From contig CAYQFS010000003.1 of assembly GCA_964416985.1 (NCBI GenBank), positions 18,594 through 82,593 on the forward strand: a DNA stretch of 64,000 nucleotides, given 5' to 3'. The first letter of the stretch is position 1, and every line of letters starts with the position of its first letter. Of this stretch, positions 54,904 through 64,000 are shown one piece after another. Made by a program: the position numbers and the translations under genes. Origin of the DNA: an uncultured Candidatus Saccharibacteria bacterium. Lineage in GTDB: Bacteria; Patescibacteriota; Minisyncoccia; Phycocordibacterales; PALSA-1337. The notes under the pieces were generated by a model that saw nothing but the letters and a program-made list of their open reading frames with translations, was not told the DNA's origin and searched no databases.

Positions 54904-56847
54904 ATGGCACAGGACCCGAGCCAAATTGAAGAACTTAAAAAAACTCTCTATTCCCGCAATGCTCCCCTTATAAGGACAAAGCGCAGACTTCGTTTTGAAA
55001 AACCGCAGACGGAAGGGGTGCAGACTGACTGGGAACATCCACCTGAGGATCCGGAAAATGTCGAGCTCAACAAATATTATCAAGATCACTCAATGTCATT
55101 TCTCAAAAAACTTTTCGTCGCATCACTCCTCTTTTTTATCCTTGCGGTTGGAATTGGGGCGTATCTCGTTTTTAACGGGGCAAATATTGTTTCAGCAAAC
55201 AACATCGACATCACAGTGAGTGGTCCTGTCTCTGTTGCAGGAGGAACTCCCGTTTCATTTGAAGTGCAAGTCATAAATAAAAATAACATCAAGCTCCAGA
55301 ATGTGGATTTTCTTGTTGAATTTCCTGCAGGGACTGTTGATCCAAACGACACTACAAAAGAACTCAAGCAGTACCGAGAATTTATAGGTGAAATAGAACC
55401 AGGAGCAGTAGCTCAGAAGACAATTAAGGCAGTTATGTATGGGCAGGAAAATAGCAAAAAGGAGATTGTAGTTACTACCTCCTATCAAGTTAAAGGATCA
55501 AACGCTATAGTCCCAAAGCAAAAGACATTTGACATTCTCATCAGTTCATCGCCACTTTCTCTTACTGTTAGTTCATTTGATGAGATAACATCGGGTCAGA
55601 CCTTTGACATGAAAGTAACCCTCGCTTCCAATTCAAAAGAAACATTGAAAAATCTTGTCCTCAAAGCAAATTATCCTTTTGGCTACAACTTTGTTTCTTC
55701 CGATGTTCAGACAATAGGTGACAGTTCAACATGGAAAATAGGGGATATTCCTCCCGGAGGGAAGAAAGTCGTTACAATCAAAGGAAAGCTCGAGGGTGAG
55801 GATGACGAGACACGGGCATTTAGATTTATGGCAGGGACTCTGAGTCAAAATGGACAGAGTGTTGTGCCGACGATTGGAACACAGTTCATTTCTGAATCAA
55901 AAGAAATAAGCATACGAAAACCATTCATTACTGTTGGTATTTCTCTCGATGATACTGTTGGAACAAAGGAATACATTGGAGAATTTAATGATTCAATTAA
56001 GGTGGAAGTCTCCTGGTTCAATAATCTCCCGACAGCTATCAGTGACGGAGAAATCCATTTGAAACTGACAGGAAATGCCTTTGATAAATTTTCTGTTTCT
56101 CCAGAACAGGGCCTCTACCAATCTGCAAACAATACTATAACCTGGAACAAAATTACTACTCCTGAGCTCGGTACGATTGGCGCCGGTGAAAGTGGAAAGG
56201 TTACCTTTAACCTTACTCCTCGAGATTTGAGTACATCATTCAAGGGAGTTTCCAATCCTTCAATTTCTCTTTCGGTTGATGTTGAAGGTCGAAGAGTTTC
56301 CGAGAGTAATGTCCCCGAGCAGATCAGCTCGAGCGCTTCTCGAAAATTGAAGATTTCTTCAAACGCTTCTCTTTCATCACAGATTCTTCGGTCAACTGGT
56401 GGATTTACCAACACAGGACCGATTCCTCCTCGTGCTGAACAACAGACAACGTACACAGTCATCTGGAACGTCGACAACACCGCCAACACTCTTTCTGGTG
56501 CCGAAGTCCATGCATCTCTTCCTGCATACGTAACATGGCTTGGAAAAGTTTCTCCTTCCGATGAGGACATTACATTTGATAAGAGCTCCGGTGATATTAT
56601 CTGGAAAGTGGGAAGTCTTGATACTTACACCGTAAGCAATAGGCGCCGACGCCAGGTAGCTTTCCAGATTTCATTTGAGCCAAGCGTTGCCCAGATTGGC
56701 CAGTCTCCAAACCTCGTAAACCAGGCTATTCTCACTGCTCACGACGACTTTACCGAACAAACCCTCACAAGTGCTAATAGTCCTATCAACACGCGATTTA
56801 CCGGTGATCCAACGTTCAAGGATGGAGATGAGGTGGTGGGGAGGTAG
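54904..56847 (+). CDS. Large membrane-anchored extracellular protein with tandem beta-sandwich (CARDB/Big-like) repeats
   Basis: Single TM (LFVASLLFFILAVGIGAYLVF) then roughly four repeated ~100-aa beta-rich modules (e.g. VSGPVSVAGGTPVSFEVQVINK...; ...GESGKVTFNLTP...). No catalytic motif. Confidence 0.4.
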   Translation: MAQDPSQIEELKKTLYSRNAPLIRTKRRLRFEKPQTEGVQTDWEHPPEDPENVELNKYYQDHSMSFLKKLFVASLLFFILAVGIGAYLVFNGANIVSANNIDITVSGPVSVAGGTPVSFEVQVINKNNIKLQNVDFLVEFPAGTVDPNDTTKELKQYREFIGEIEPGAVAQKTIKAVMYGQENSKKEIVVTTSYQVKGSNAIVPKQKTFDILISSSPLSLTVSSFDEITSGQTFDMKVTLASNSKETLKNLVLKANYPFGYNFVSSDVQTIGDSSTWKIGDIPPGGKKVVTIKGKLEGEDDETRAFRFMAGTLSQNGQSVVPTIGTQFISESKEISIRKPFITVGISLDDTVGTKEYIGEFNDSIKVEVSWFNNLPTAISDGEIHLKLTGNAFDKFSVSPEQGLYQSANNTITWNKITTPELGTIGAGESGKVTFNLTPRDLSTSFKGVSNPSISLSVDVEGRRVSESNVPEQISSSASRKLKISSNASLSSQILRSTGGFTNTGPIPPRAEQQTTYTVIWNVDNTANTLSGAEVHASLPAYVTWLGKVSPSDEDITFDKSSGDIIWKVGSLDTYTVSNRRRRQVAFQISFEPSVAQIGQSPNLVNQAILTAHDDFTEQTLTSANSPINTRFTGDPTFKDGDEVVGR

Positions 56848-56903
56848 GGAGAAGGTTAATAAAAACTGGCCAGAGTAGTGTCCTCTGGCCAGTGCCTCCG
56901 TAA

Positions 56904-56942
56904 CCACGACTGGAGGCGGCTAATGCATGTCGTGGTGTTTTC
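56904..56942 (+). terminator. Rho-independent terminator after the 54904 gene
   Basis: ccacgac-tggaggcggctaatgcat-gtcgtgg, followed by tgtttt. Confidence 0.5.
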
Positions 56943-56954
56943 CCTGCCGATAAC

Positions 56955-57095
56955 GCGATAGACGAGTTTCGCTGATCAGGGCTTCATTATTGCGCCTGTA
57001 TCAACAGGGCTTTCGCGGGAGCGTTCGTGCTATTTAAGACAAGAATACTCTAAATTTTCTGGTAGTCAAGGGTATCCTGACTTTTTGCCTTGTGG
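56955..57095 (+). ncRNA. Candidate small structured RNA between two terminators (unknown family)
   Basis: Begins right after terminator 56904..56942 and ends with its own hairpin+T-run (agtcaagggtatcctgact ttttg). Internal helices ccctg...caggg and gcga...tcgc. No ORF of 60 aa or more across the 56.9-57.3 kb gap, which is unusually long for a genome this compact. Confidence 0.25.
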
Positions 57096-57336
57096 ACACA
57101 TGCCGAAATACATCGAACCGCCTAAAAGACTACCTTTCTCGGTTCTGGGATTATTATAATTCAAACCTTGCTTTGCAGAAGATGTTTGCTGTAGCTAGAA
57201 AGTTCTTCCCAAAGGGTCACAATAAGGGCATTTAAATGTCTTCTGTATTGGCGCGTGATTTTCTAAAAAAGCCTTCCCGTAATTACGCAAAAATAATGGG
57301 TAAAAAACGGCGAATAATGTTAAAATTAGTTTAATT

Positions 57337-58026
57337 ATGGTTGAATTTTATGAAGATTGGTACAAGAATTTAATAAATCATAGTAATGAAAAAGACCTCC
57401 TCGTAAACAAAATCAAGGACCTGCTCAAGGGCAAGGTCGATGATTCTTGCCTTGAGATCGGTTTGGGAGTATATGCCTATTTTGCTGAAAATCTTTCCTC
57501 TCTTTTCAATAAATACCTAATTGTTGAAAAACGAGCTGTAGAGGCAACTTTACCTAGGGGTGTTCATCTAATAAATGGTGACTGGGAGAGTACGAAAATT
57601 GAAGAAAAATTTGATGTGATTTTGGCGTCTCATGTTATTTATTATTTTAAGGATACAAAAGCTGCTGTTGAAAAGATGTTTGATAGTCTAAAAGAGGGTG
57701 GTAGAGTTTATTTTGTAGTAAATGGTAGAGAGTCAGATTATGGGCCTATTAAATTAGCTTTTGCTGAAATGATCAGTGTTCCGTATGTTTTTACTTACGA
57801 TACATTACACAAAATTCTTGAGGGTAGAAAAGTAAGAGAATATACGACACAAGCAAGTCTATCTTTTGTAGATTATGACGAGCTCTATGATGTGCTTAAA
57901 CTCTCTTTCGACATGTATCCAGAGGAATATAAAGCAAATAAAGATAACGTAATTCAGTGGCTTGAGCAAAATATAAAAGGTGACAAATTTTTTATAGATC
58001 AAAAAATCATTGAGGTAACAAAGTAA
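57337..58026 (+). CDS. Class I SAM-dependent methyltransferase (Methyltransf_11/12-like), AT-rich
   Basis: Motif I-like LEIGLGVYAYF; motif post-II FDVILASHVIYY. About 33% GC. Confidence 0.55.
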   Translation: MVEFYEDWYKNLINHSNEKDLLVNKIKDLLKGKVDDSCLEIGLGVYAYFAENLSSLFNKYLIVEKRAVEATLPRGVHLINGDWESTKIEEKFDVILASHVIYYFKDTKAAVEKMFDSLKEGGRVYFVVNGRESDYGPIKLAFAEMISVPYVFTYDTLHKILEGRKVREYTTQASLSFVDYDELYDVLKLSFDMYPEEYKANKDNVIQWLEQNIKGDKFFIDQKIIEVTK

Positions 58027-58030
58027 ATCT

Positions 58031-58705
58031 ATGACACAGATAAATCCTGAAATAAGCCAAAAATTTCTTAACGAGATAAAAAATCAAACCTCAAGGGTTT
58101 TGGATATTGATGGTGTAAAAATCAAAACTTGCAAAGATGTTTTCCCACCACAAAGCGATTTTTCAAGAACCTCTGAAAAATTACATACAATCTTTGAGAA
58201 TTTAACCAATAAAAGCGTTCTAGATGTTGGTACAGGTACTGGTGTCCAAGCTGTACAAGCTGCAAAAGCTGGCGCAAGAAAAGTTGTTGCATTGGATATA
58301 AATCCCGCTGCAATTTCTTGTGCTAAAGAAAACATCGAGCTAAATAATGTTGGTGATGCTGTTACTGTACTCGAGAGTGATCTATTCAACTCATTAGGGA
58401 AAGAAGATAAATTTGATGTTGTAATAGCCAATTTACCAATTACCGATTTTCCTATTGAGGGTATTGTTGAATCAGCATTATATGATCCGGATTATAAACT
58501 CCACAAACGCTTTTTAACTGAAGTAAAAAACTATCTTAGTGAGGACGGCTTTATTGTAATGACTCATATCAATTTAAAAGGGCTAAGTGATTTTGAAGAA
58601 TTTGAAAAAATGCTATTTAAATACGAATTTACACCTGAAAAATATAATGAGATTAATTACGCTGGTTACTTATGGAGGATTTATAAAATTGTCCCAGTTA
58701 AATGA
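58031..58705 (+). CDS. Class I SAM-dependent methyltransferase, 'small domain' (HemK/RsmC-like) with a degenerate NPPY-to-NLPI motif, AT-rich
   Basis: VLDVGTGTGVQAV (motif I), VALDINPAAI, VIANLPI (motif IV). Confidence 0.55.
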   Translation: MTQINPEISQKFLNEIKNQTSRVLDIDGVKIKTCKDVFPPQSDFSRTSEKLHTIFENLTNKSVLDVGTGTGVQAVQAAKAGARKVVALDINPAAISCAKENIELNNVGDAVTVLESDLFNSLGKEDKFDVVIANLPITDFPIEGIVESALYDPDYKLHKRFLTEVKNYLSEDGFIVMTHINLKGLSDFEEFEKMLFKYEFTPEKYNEINYAGYLWRIYKIVPVK

Positions 58706-58995
58706 TTGTTTCAGCACTTACATAGCCTAGCTCTGAATTTTCTACAAAGCCTTCCCAAAACTCTTTTCCAAATTTTTCTATGCCTCCCTCTGAAATAATT
58801 GGCCCATGCCATTGAATATTGCCATATTTGGCTATCAAAAAGGACGGTATTTTTGCATAACTCACATTGATCGTGGTGGCATTATTCATCATTCCTAAAA
58901 TACGCCACAGAAATGTAAATAAGACACCGGTCAAGGCCGTTGAGCCCTAATTTGTAATTATCCCTCATAGGATGTACTATAAGAGCAATAAATAT

Positions 58996-60570
58996 ATGGC
59001 CCAAGAAGAGACAAAGATGGAAAAAATCATATCCCTCGCCAAGCGACGAGGTTTTGTATTTCAGGGATCTGAGATTTATGGGGGACTCGCAGGAACATGG
59101 GATTACGGGCCTCTCGGAGTCTCTTTGAAGAATAATATTCGCTCTTTGTGGTGGAAGCGTTTTGTCCTTGATCGTGAGGATATGTATGGAACTGACGCTG
59201 CGATTCTCATGAATCAGAACGTTTGGAAGGCGAGCGGGCATGTGGCGGGATTTTCTGATCCACTCGTTGAATGTGAAAATTGTAAAAAACGTTTCCGAGT
59301 CGATCATCTTCTGAATGAAAGAAACTATGTAAATTTACTAGACTCAGTTTCTAATTTTTCAGATGGCCTGATTAAAAGATTAAGGCCTGAATTGGATGAT
59401 CTAAAGTCTATCGCTGAGTATCCTTCAACTTCAGAAGAGGCAAAAAAAGCACTTTTTGCTGATCTAGAAAAACAGCTCAGTAACAAGATTATAAATGCTA
59501 AGAAAATTGTTGATGAAGAAAAGAAAGCCCGAAATTACTTAGGAATTTTTCCTCAATTTCTTCTTAACCAAGAGAATGATTGTCCAAACTGTGGTAAAAG
59601 AAAATGGTTGGAACCCCGTCAGTTCAACATGATGTTCAAGACCAACGTTGGTCCCCTTGAAAATGAAGACTCAATTTCATATCTTCGACCGGAGACAGCA
59701 CAGGGAATGTTTGTAAATTTCAAGAATATTCTTGACACATTTCACCCAAAGCTCCCGTTTGGAATGGCTCAGATCGGAAAGGCTTTTCGAAATGAAATCG
59801 CTCCGCGAGATTTTGTGTTTCGATCACGGGAATTTGAGCAAATGGAAATCGAATATTTTGTTACTCCAAAAGAGTGGGAAAAGACATTTGAGCATTTTGT
59901 AAAGGAAGTTCGTGCATTTACTGACGATGTTGGTCTCGACAAGAAGCATGTTCATGAGCTTGAGATAGAAAAAGATAGCCTTGCGCATTATTCAAAACGC
60001 ACGATTGATTTTGAGTTTGATTTTCCATTTGGAAAAAAGGAACTCTATGGACTCGCGTATCGAACAGATTTTGACCTGAAACAGCATTCAGAATATAGTA
60101 AGGTTGACCTCTCATACTACGACGAAGAGACAAAAGAGCGCTTTATCCCTCATTGCATCGAGCCGTCATTCGGACTTGATCGAACAGTTCTTGCGGTTCT
60201 TTCGGATGCATATATGGAAGATACTTCCGGTGAAGAGCCACGAGTCTATATGAAATTTTCTCCAAAAGTCGCTCCCGTTAAAGTTGCAGTCTTTCCACTT
60301 CTCAAAAACAAGCCGCAGCTCATCGAAAAGGCAAGGGAGGTCTATACAATGCTCAAGAAAGAGATCGGGGCAGTGACATTCGACGACAACGGAAATATCG
60401 GAAAGCGCTATCGAAGACAGGATGAAATTGGTACACCGTACTGCGTGACTGTTGATTTCGAAACAATTGAAAAAGATGCGGGAGTTACCATTCGTGACCG
60501 TGATACTGGAAAGCAGGAAAGAATGAAAATTGAAGATCTCACTCCATTTCTAAAGTCAAAGATCAACTAG
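58996..60570 (+). CDS. glyS: Glycyl-tRNA synthetase (alpha2 dimeric, class II)
   Basis: KRRGFVFQGSEIYGGLAGTWDYGPLG, class II motif 2 (FRNEIAPRDFVFRSREFEQMEIEYF), motif 3 and a C-terminal anticodon-binding domain. Confidence 0.9.
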   Translation: MAQEETKMEKIISLAKRRGFVFQGSEIYGGLAGTWDYGPLGVSLKNNIRSLWWKRFVLDREDMYGTDAAILMNQNVWKASGHVAGFSDPLVECENCKKRFRVDHLLNERNYVNLLDSVSNFSDGLIKRLRPELDDLKSIAEYPSTSEEAKKALFADLEKQLSNKIINAKKIVDEEKKARNYLGIFPQFLLNQENDCPNCGKRKWLEPRQFNMMFKTNVGPLENEDSISYLRPETAQGMFVNFKNILDTFHPKLPFGMAQIGKAFRNEIAPRDFVFRSREFEQMEIEYFVTPKEWEKTFEHFVKEVRAFTDDVGLDKKHVHELEIEKDSLAHYSKRTIDFEFDFPFGKKELYGLAYRTDFDLKQHSEYSKVDLSYYDEETKERFIPHCIEPSFGLDRTVLAVLSDAYMEDTSGEEPRVYMKFSPKVAPVKVAVFPLLKNKPQLIEKAREVYTMLKKEIGAVTFDDNGNIGKRYRRQDEIGTPYCVTVDFETIEKDAGVTIRDRDTGKQERMKIEDLTPFLKSKIN

Positions 60571-60587
60571 GCGTTCACTAAACCTCT

Positions 60588-61868
60588 ATGAAATTCAAAA
60601 AGACTATTTTAAAAAGTGGCCTCCGGGTCATAACGGTACCGATGCAGGATAATCCGGCGGTGACTGTTCTTGTGATGGTTGAAGCTGGCTCAAAATATGA
60701 AAAAAAGGAAAATAATGGGATCTCTCATTTTCTTGAACACATGATGTTCAAAGGAACTCCACGAAGGCCAAAGGCTATCGATATTTCAAGAGAATTCGAT
60801 TCGCTTGGAGCGCGACACAATGCATTTACGTCTCAGGAATATACTGGCTACTATGCAAAAGTTGATGCAAGACATCTCGATCAGGCCCTTGATATTGTCT
60901 CCGACATGTACCTCAATCCACTTTTTGATACAGGAGAAATAGAAAAAGAGAAAGGAGTAATTATTGAGGAAATAAAAATGTACAATGATCTTCCTCAGCA
61001 TCATGTCCAGGATGTGATAAGTGAATTGATGTTTAGAGGACAGCCTGCGGGACGAAGTGTTCTCGGGACAGAGGAAAATATTCGCTCATTTGACCGGGGC
61101 CATTTTGCTGATTATATGAAGAAACACTATGTTGCACCAGCCACAACTGTTATCGTTTCAGGATCAATTAAGGAAGATGAGGTTGTTTCAAAGGTTGAAA
61201 AACTTTTTAAAAACATTCCAGTTCGAGAAAAAGGCAAAAAAGTAGCTGTAAAAGAATCACAAAAGAAACCAGACATTGCTGTTGTCCACAAGGCAACAGA
61301 TCAGACACATCTCGTCATTGCTCTACGAACTTTTCATGTAAAAGATCCGAGAATTCCAACCATGAAAATCCTTTCAGCTATTCTTGGAAAAGGAATGAGC
61401 TCGCGTCTTTTTTCAAAAATGAGAAATGAGCTCGGCATCTGCTATTACATTAACGCGTCACATAGTCCAAGCACAGATCATGGAGACCTTTCTATTTCAG
61501 CCGGGGTCGATAACAAGAGAGTCGATCTCGCAATAAAACATATCTTAATTGAACTCAATCGAATGAAGGATGAGCTTGTTTCTGATGTTGAAATGAAAAA
61601 AGCAAAGGACTATATTGCCGGAACAATGATGCTCGACCTCGAAACATCCGATTCTCAGGCGGAGTATGTGGGGTATCAGGAAATTTTGAAAGGTGAGATC
61701 AAATTGCCCGAACAGGCCATTGCCGAAATGGCTAGTATAACAGCTGAGCAGGTGAGGGAGTTGGCGCGGGAGATTTTTGTTGATGAAAAACTCAATATGG
61801 CGATCATCGGTCCTTACGAGGATGCAAAACGCTTCGTGCCCCTCCTTACGTTCAAAAAGCTCCCGTAA
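60588..61868 (+). CDS. M16-family zinc peptidase (pitrilysin/insulinase-like)
   Basis: Inverted zinc motif HFLEHMMFKGT (HxxEH) and downstream E; two M16 halves. Confidence 0.85.
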   Translation: MKFKKTILKSGLRVITVPMQDNPAVTVLVMVEAGSKYEKKENNGISHFLEHMMFKGTPRRPKAIDISREFDSLGARHNAFTSQEYTGYYAKVDARHLDQALDIVSDMYLNPLFDTGEIEKEKGVIIEEIKMYNDLPQHHVQDVISELMFRGQPAGRSVLGTEENIRSFDRGHFADYMKKHYVAPATTVIVSGSIKEDEVVSKVEKLFKNIPVREKGKKVAVKESQKKPDIAVVHKATDQTHLVIALRTFHVKDPRIPTMKILSAILGKGMSSRLFSKMRNELGICYYINASHSPSTDHGDLSISAGVDNKRVDLAIKHILIELNRMKDELVSDVEMKKAKDYIAGTMMLDLETSDSQAEYVGYQEILKGEIKLPEQAIAEMASITAEQVRELAREIFVDEKLNMAIIGPYEDAKRFVPLLTFKKLP

Positions 61869-61889
61869 TAGTATATACTTGAGCGTACT

Positions 61890-63341
61890 ATGGCAAAAAA
61901 CGGAGAATTGAAGAATTTTTACATAACCACTACATTGCCCTATGTAAACGCAGAGGCTCACATTGGTCATGCCCTCGAATTTATCCGTGCCGACGTCATT
62001 GCCCGTGAGAAAAAGCTCAAAGGCAAGGATGTATTTTTCGGAACTGGGACGGACGAACATGGGGCAAAAATAGAGAGGAACGCAGCATCTCTCAATATAA
62101 AGCCTCAGGAATTTGTCGACAAAGTCTCGAAAACCTTTAGAGATCTTATGAATCAGTTGGGAATTTCTCCCGATGTTCATTTTCATCGCACAACCGACCC
62201 AAAGCATATTGCAGCTGCTCAGGAATTTTGGAAGATCTGCAAGAAAAACGGATACATTTACAAAAAGAATTACAAAATAAAATATTGCGTTGGTTGCGAA
62301 CTTGAAAAGACGGAGTCAGAACTCATTGATGGAAAATGTCCGATTCACCCATCTCTTCAGATCGAGGAAATTGATGAAGAAAACTATTTCTTCAAATTTA
62401 GCGAATTCCAGAAGCCACTTCTTGAATTTTATGATGAAAATCTTGAGTTTGTCGTGCCATCGTTTAGATTTAATGAAATAAAAGCCTTTGTAAAAAATGG
62501 TCTCAATGACTTTAGTATTTCTCGTTTGAAAAGCAAAATGTCATGGGGAGTTGAGGTTCCTGATGATCCACACCATGTCATGTATGTATGGTTCGACGCT
62601 CTCGTGAGCTACATTTCAAATATCGGCTGGCCGCAGGACAAGGAATCATTTGAGAGATGGTGGATTTCTACGGGTGGCGTAGTGCAGTATTGTGGAAAGG
62701 ATAATCTTCGTCAGCAGTCGGCGATGTGGCAGTCGATGCTTATGGCCGCAGGACTTCCAAATTCAAAGCAGATTGTAATCAATGGCTTTGTGACTGGTGA
62801 AGGTGGGATAAAGATGAGCAAATCGATCGGCAATGTAGTCGATCCTCTCGAAATTATAAAAGAATATGGAACTGATGCCCTTCGCTACTTTGTTCTTCGT
62901 GAAGTGCATCCTTTTGAAGATAGCCCATTTACTCTTGAAAAATTTAAAGAATCCTACAACGCCCATCTTGCAAATGGTCTCGGAAACCTCGTCAGTCGTG
63001 TCATCAAGATGGCTGAGACAAATAATGTGACACTTGATCCAAAATGTACCCCGACTGATGATCCTCGTCATGCTGCTTTTTATGCTAGCTATGAAATTAA
63101 CAAAGTTTGTGACGACATCTGGCTTCGCATCCAGCATGCCGACAAATTTATCCAGGACAATCAGCCTTTCAAGGTTATAAAAACAGATGAAGCGAAAGGA
63201 AGGGAACAAATTGCATATCTACTCACACAGATTGCGGAAGTGGCGCATCTTTTGAGACCAATTTTGCCTCAGACTTCAGAGAAGATTTCGCAGGCGCTCA
63301 GGGATAATAAGATTGGGGAACCTCTTTTCATGAGGAAGTAA
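61890..63341 (+). CDS. metG: Methionyl-tRNA synthetase (short form without the C-terminal tRNA-binding domain)
   Basis: HIGH-variant AHIGHALE, zinc knuckle CVGCELEK...CPIH, and KMSKS (GIKMSKSIGN). Confidence 0.9.
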   Translation: MAKNGELKNFYITTTLPYVNAEAHIGHALEFIRADVIAREKKLKGKDVFFGTGTDEHGAKIERNAASLNIKPQEFVDKVSKTFRDLMNQLGISPDVHFHRTTDPKHIAAAQEFWKICKKNGYIYKKNYKIKYCVGCELEKTESELIDGKCPIHPSLQIEEIDEENYFFKFSEFQKPLLEFYDENLEFVVPSFRFNEIKAFVKNGLNDFSISRLKSKMSWGVEVPDDPHHVMYVWFDALVSYISNIGWPQDKESFERWWISTGGVVQYCGKDNLRQQSAMWQSMLMAAGLPNSKQIVINGFVTGEGGIKMSKSIGNVVDPLEIIKEYGTDALRYFVLREVHPFEDSPFTLEKFKESYNAHLANGLGNLVSRVIKMAETNNVTLDPKCTPTDDPRHAAFYASYEINKVCDDIWLRIQHADKFIQDNQPFKVIKTDEAKGREQIAYLLTQIAEVAHLLRPILPQTSEKISQALRDNKIGEPLFMRK

Positions 63342-63342
63342 T

Positions 63343-64000
63343 ATGAAATTTATCGATATCCATTGTCACCTCAACCTTGAGCAATTTGATCTTGATTACG
63401 AAGAAGCTATTTCCCGTGCTCAGGAAAAAGAAGTTGGGATGATTGTTGTGGGAGTCGATCTTGCAACTTCAAAAAAAGCTGTGGAAATTGCAGAAAAGCA
63501 TCACAATATCTGGGCGGTGGTAGGACTTCACCCGACAGATGCTCCAAATGAAATTTTTGAAAGGGAAGAGTATTTAAAATTGGCGCGTCATCCGAAAGTC
63601 GTAGGGATAGGGGAGTGTGGACTCGAGTATTGTCGAGGGGCCATTAAAAATAAAGAAAATCAGACCAAGATTTTTCTTGAGCACATATCTATCGCAAATG
63701 AAGTGAAAAAGCCCCTCATGCTCCACATTCGAAACGGCCTTACTCCAGAAGAAAATGCATACTCTGATGCAATTGAAATACTAAAAAAACATGCAAAGGT
63801 TTCCGGCAATGTGCACTTTTTTGCAGGGACATGGGAGGAGGGTAGGCAGTTCATTGACCTCGGATTCCGTCTTTCATTTACCGGAGTCATTACATTTACA
63901 CATGATTATGATGAAGTTATCAAGAAAGCACCGCTTAACATGATTCTTTCAGAGACTGATGCGCCATTTGTTGCACCTGTTCCACATAGAGGGGAAAGGA
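63343..64000 (+). CDS. TatD-family metal-dependent hydrolase (3'-partial; runs off the window)
   Basis: MKFIDIHCHLN (HxH), GECGLEY, LMLHIR and HFFAG motifs. ATG sits 2 nt after the metG stop. Confidence 0.85.
   Translation, partial: MKFIDIHCHLNLEQFDLDYEEAISRAQEKEVGMIVVGVDLATSKKAVEIAEKHHNIWAVVGLHPTDAPNEIFEREEYLKLARHPKVVGIGECGLEYCRGAIKNKENQTKIFLEHISIANEVKKPLMLHIRNGLTPEENAYSDAIEILKKHAKVSGNVHFFAGTWEEGRQFIDLGFRLSFTGVITFTHDYDEVIKKAPLNMILSETDAPFVAPVPHRGER

Noticed and set aside
56848-57336. tmRNA, RNase P RNA or SRP RNA in the long non-coding gap
   Set aside because: I found none of the signature motifs by eye on either strand: tmRNA GGGG...tRNA-like GGTTCGA-TCC...CCA end, P4 AGGAAAGTCCGGGC / ACAGAACCCGGCTTA, SRP GGAA tetraloop in TCC-GGAA-GGA context. 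Left as an unclassified candidate sRNA. A covariance-model scan is needed.
58698-58934. 78-aa minus-strand ORF between the methyltransferase island and glyS
   Set aside because: No motif, no partner context, and an odd, apparently fragmentary sequence. Possibly a gene remnant. Not annotated as a feature.
61545-62207. 220-aa minus-strand ORF spanning the M16 peptidase / metG junction
   Set aside because: Antisense to two well-supported forward genes.

Overview
This 64 kb window looks like a small-genome bacterium of the CPR/Patescibacteria type. That placement is inference from content: compact genes, archaeal/eukaryote-type sugar enzymes, type IV pilus genes, little biosynthesis, about 40% GC. 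About 70 genes are densely packed. They include: the tail of an HlyD/RND efflux pair, a type IV pilin, an MFS transporter and a sensor histidine kinase; SpoU, Fpg, a cell-wall amidase and a Mur ligase; RuvA, S20, RuvX, DedA and pilMNO; two RluA-family pseudouridine synthases; L19 and a polysaccharide deacetylase; PyrD and an M23 peptidase; an ECF sigma factor; a glycogen module (eukaryotic-type PMM fused to an alpha-glucan phosphorylase, GlgA, a GH57 enzyme, a cupin-type PGI); DsbA plus VKOR; FolD, SIMPL, secE-nusG-rplK, DHFR, CYTH, dCTP deaminase, ThyA and GlyA; ArgS, a type-2 IleRS, RecO, GlyRS, an M16 peptidase, MetRS and TatD. Seven tRNAs are recognisable: Lys-UUU, Arg-GCG, Ser-UGA, Arg-UCU, Val-UAC, Leu-GAG, His-GUG. 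The standout is a complete diversity-generating retroelement (DGR) at about 47.1-49.9 kb: a GC-rich target gene with a 3' variable region (VR), an approximately 117-bp template repeat (TR) that differs from the VR only at TR adenines (all 20 mismatches in the ~117-bp alignment), an oppositely oriented Avd-like four-helix-bundle gene, and a DGR-type reverse transcriptase with a YADD motif. A G10 homopolymer sits at the avd/RT junction. Other points worth a second look: a histidine-phosphatase (PGAM-like, RHGE motif) domain inserted inside the IleRS; the PMM-phosphorylase fusion; an AT-rich pair of methyltransferases preceded by a 490-nt structured non-coding region; and an orphan DinJ-like antitoxin. 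I found no rRNA or CRISPR array. All coordinates are from manual reading plus the supplied ORF track, and small start-site adjustments are approximate.
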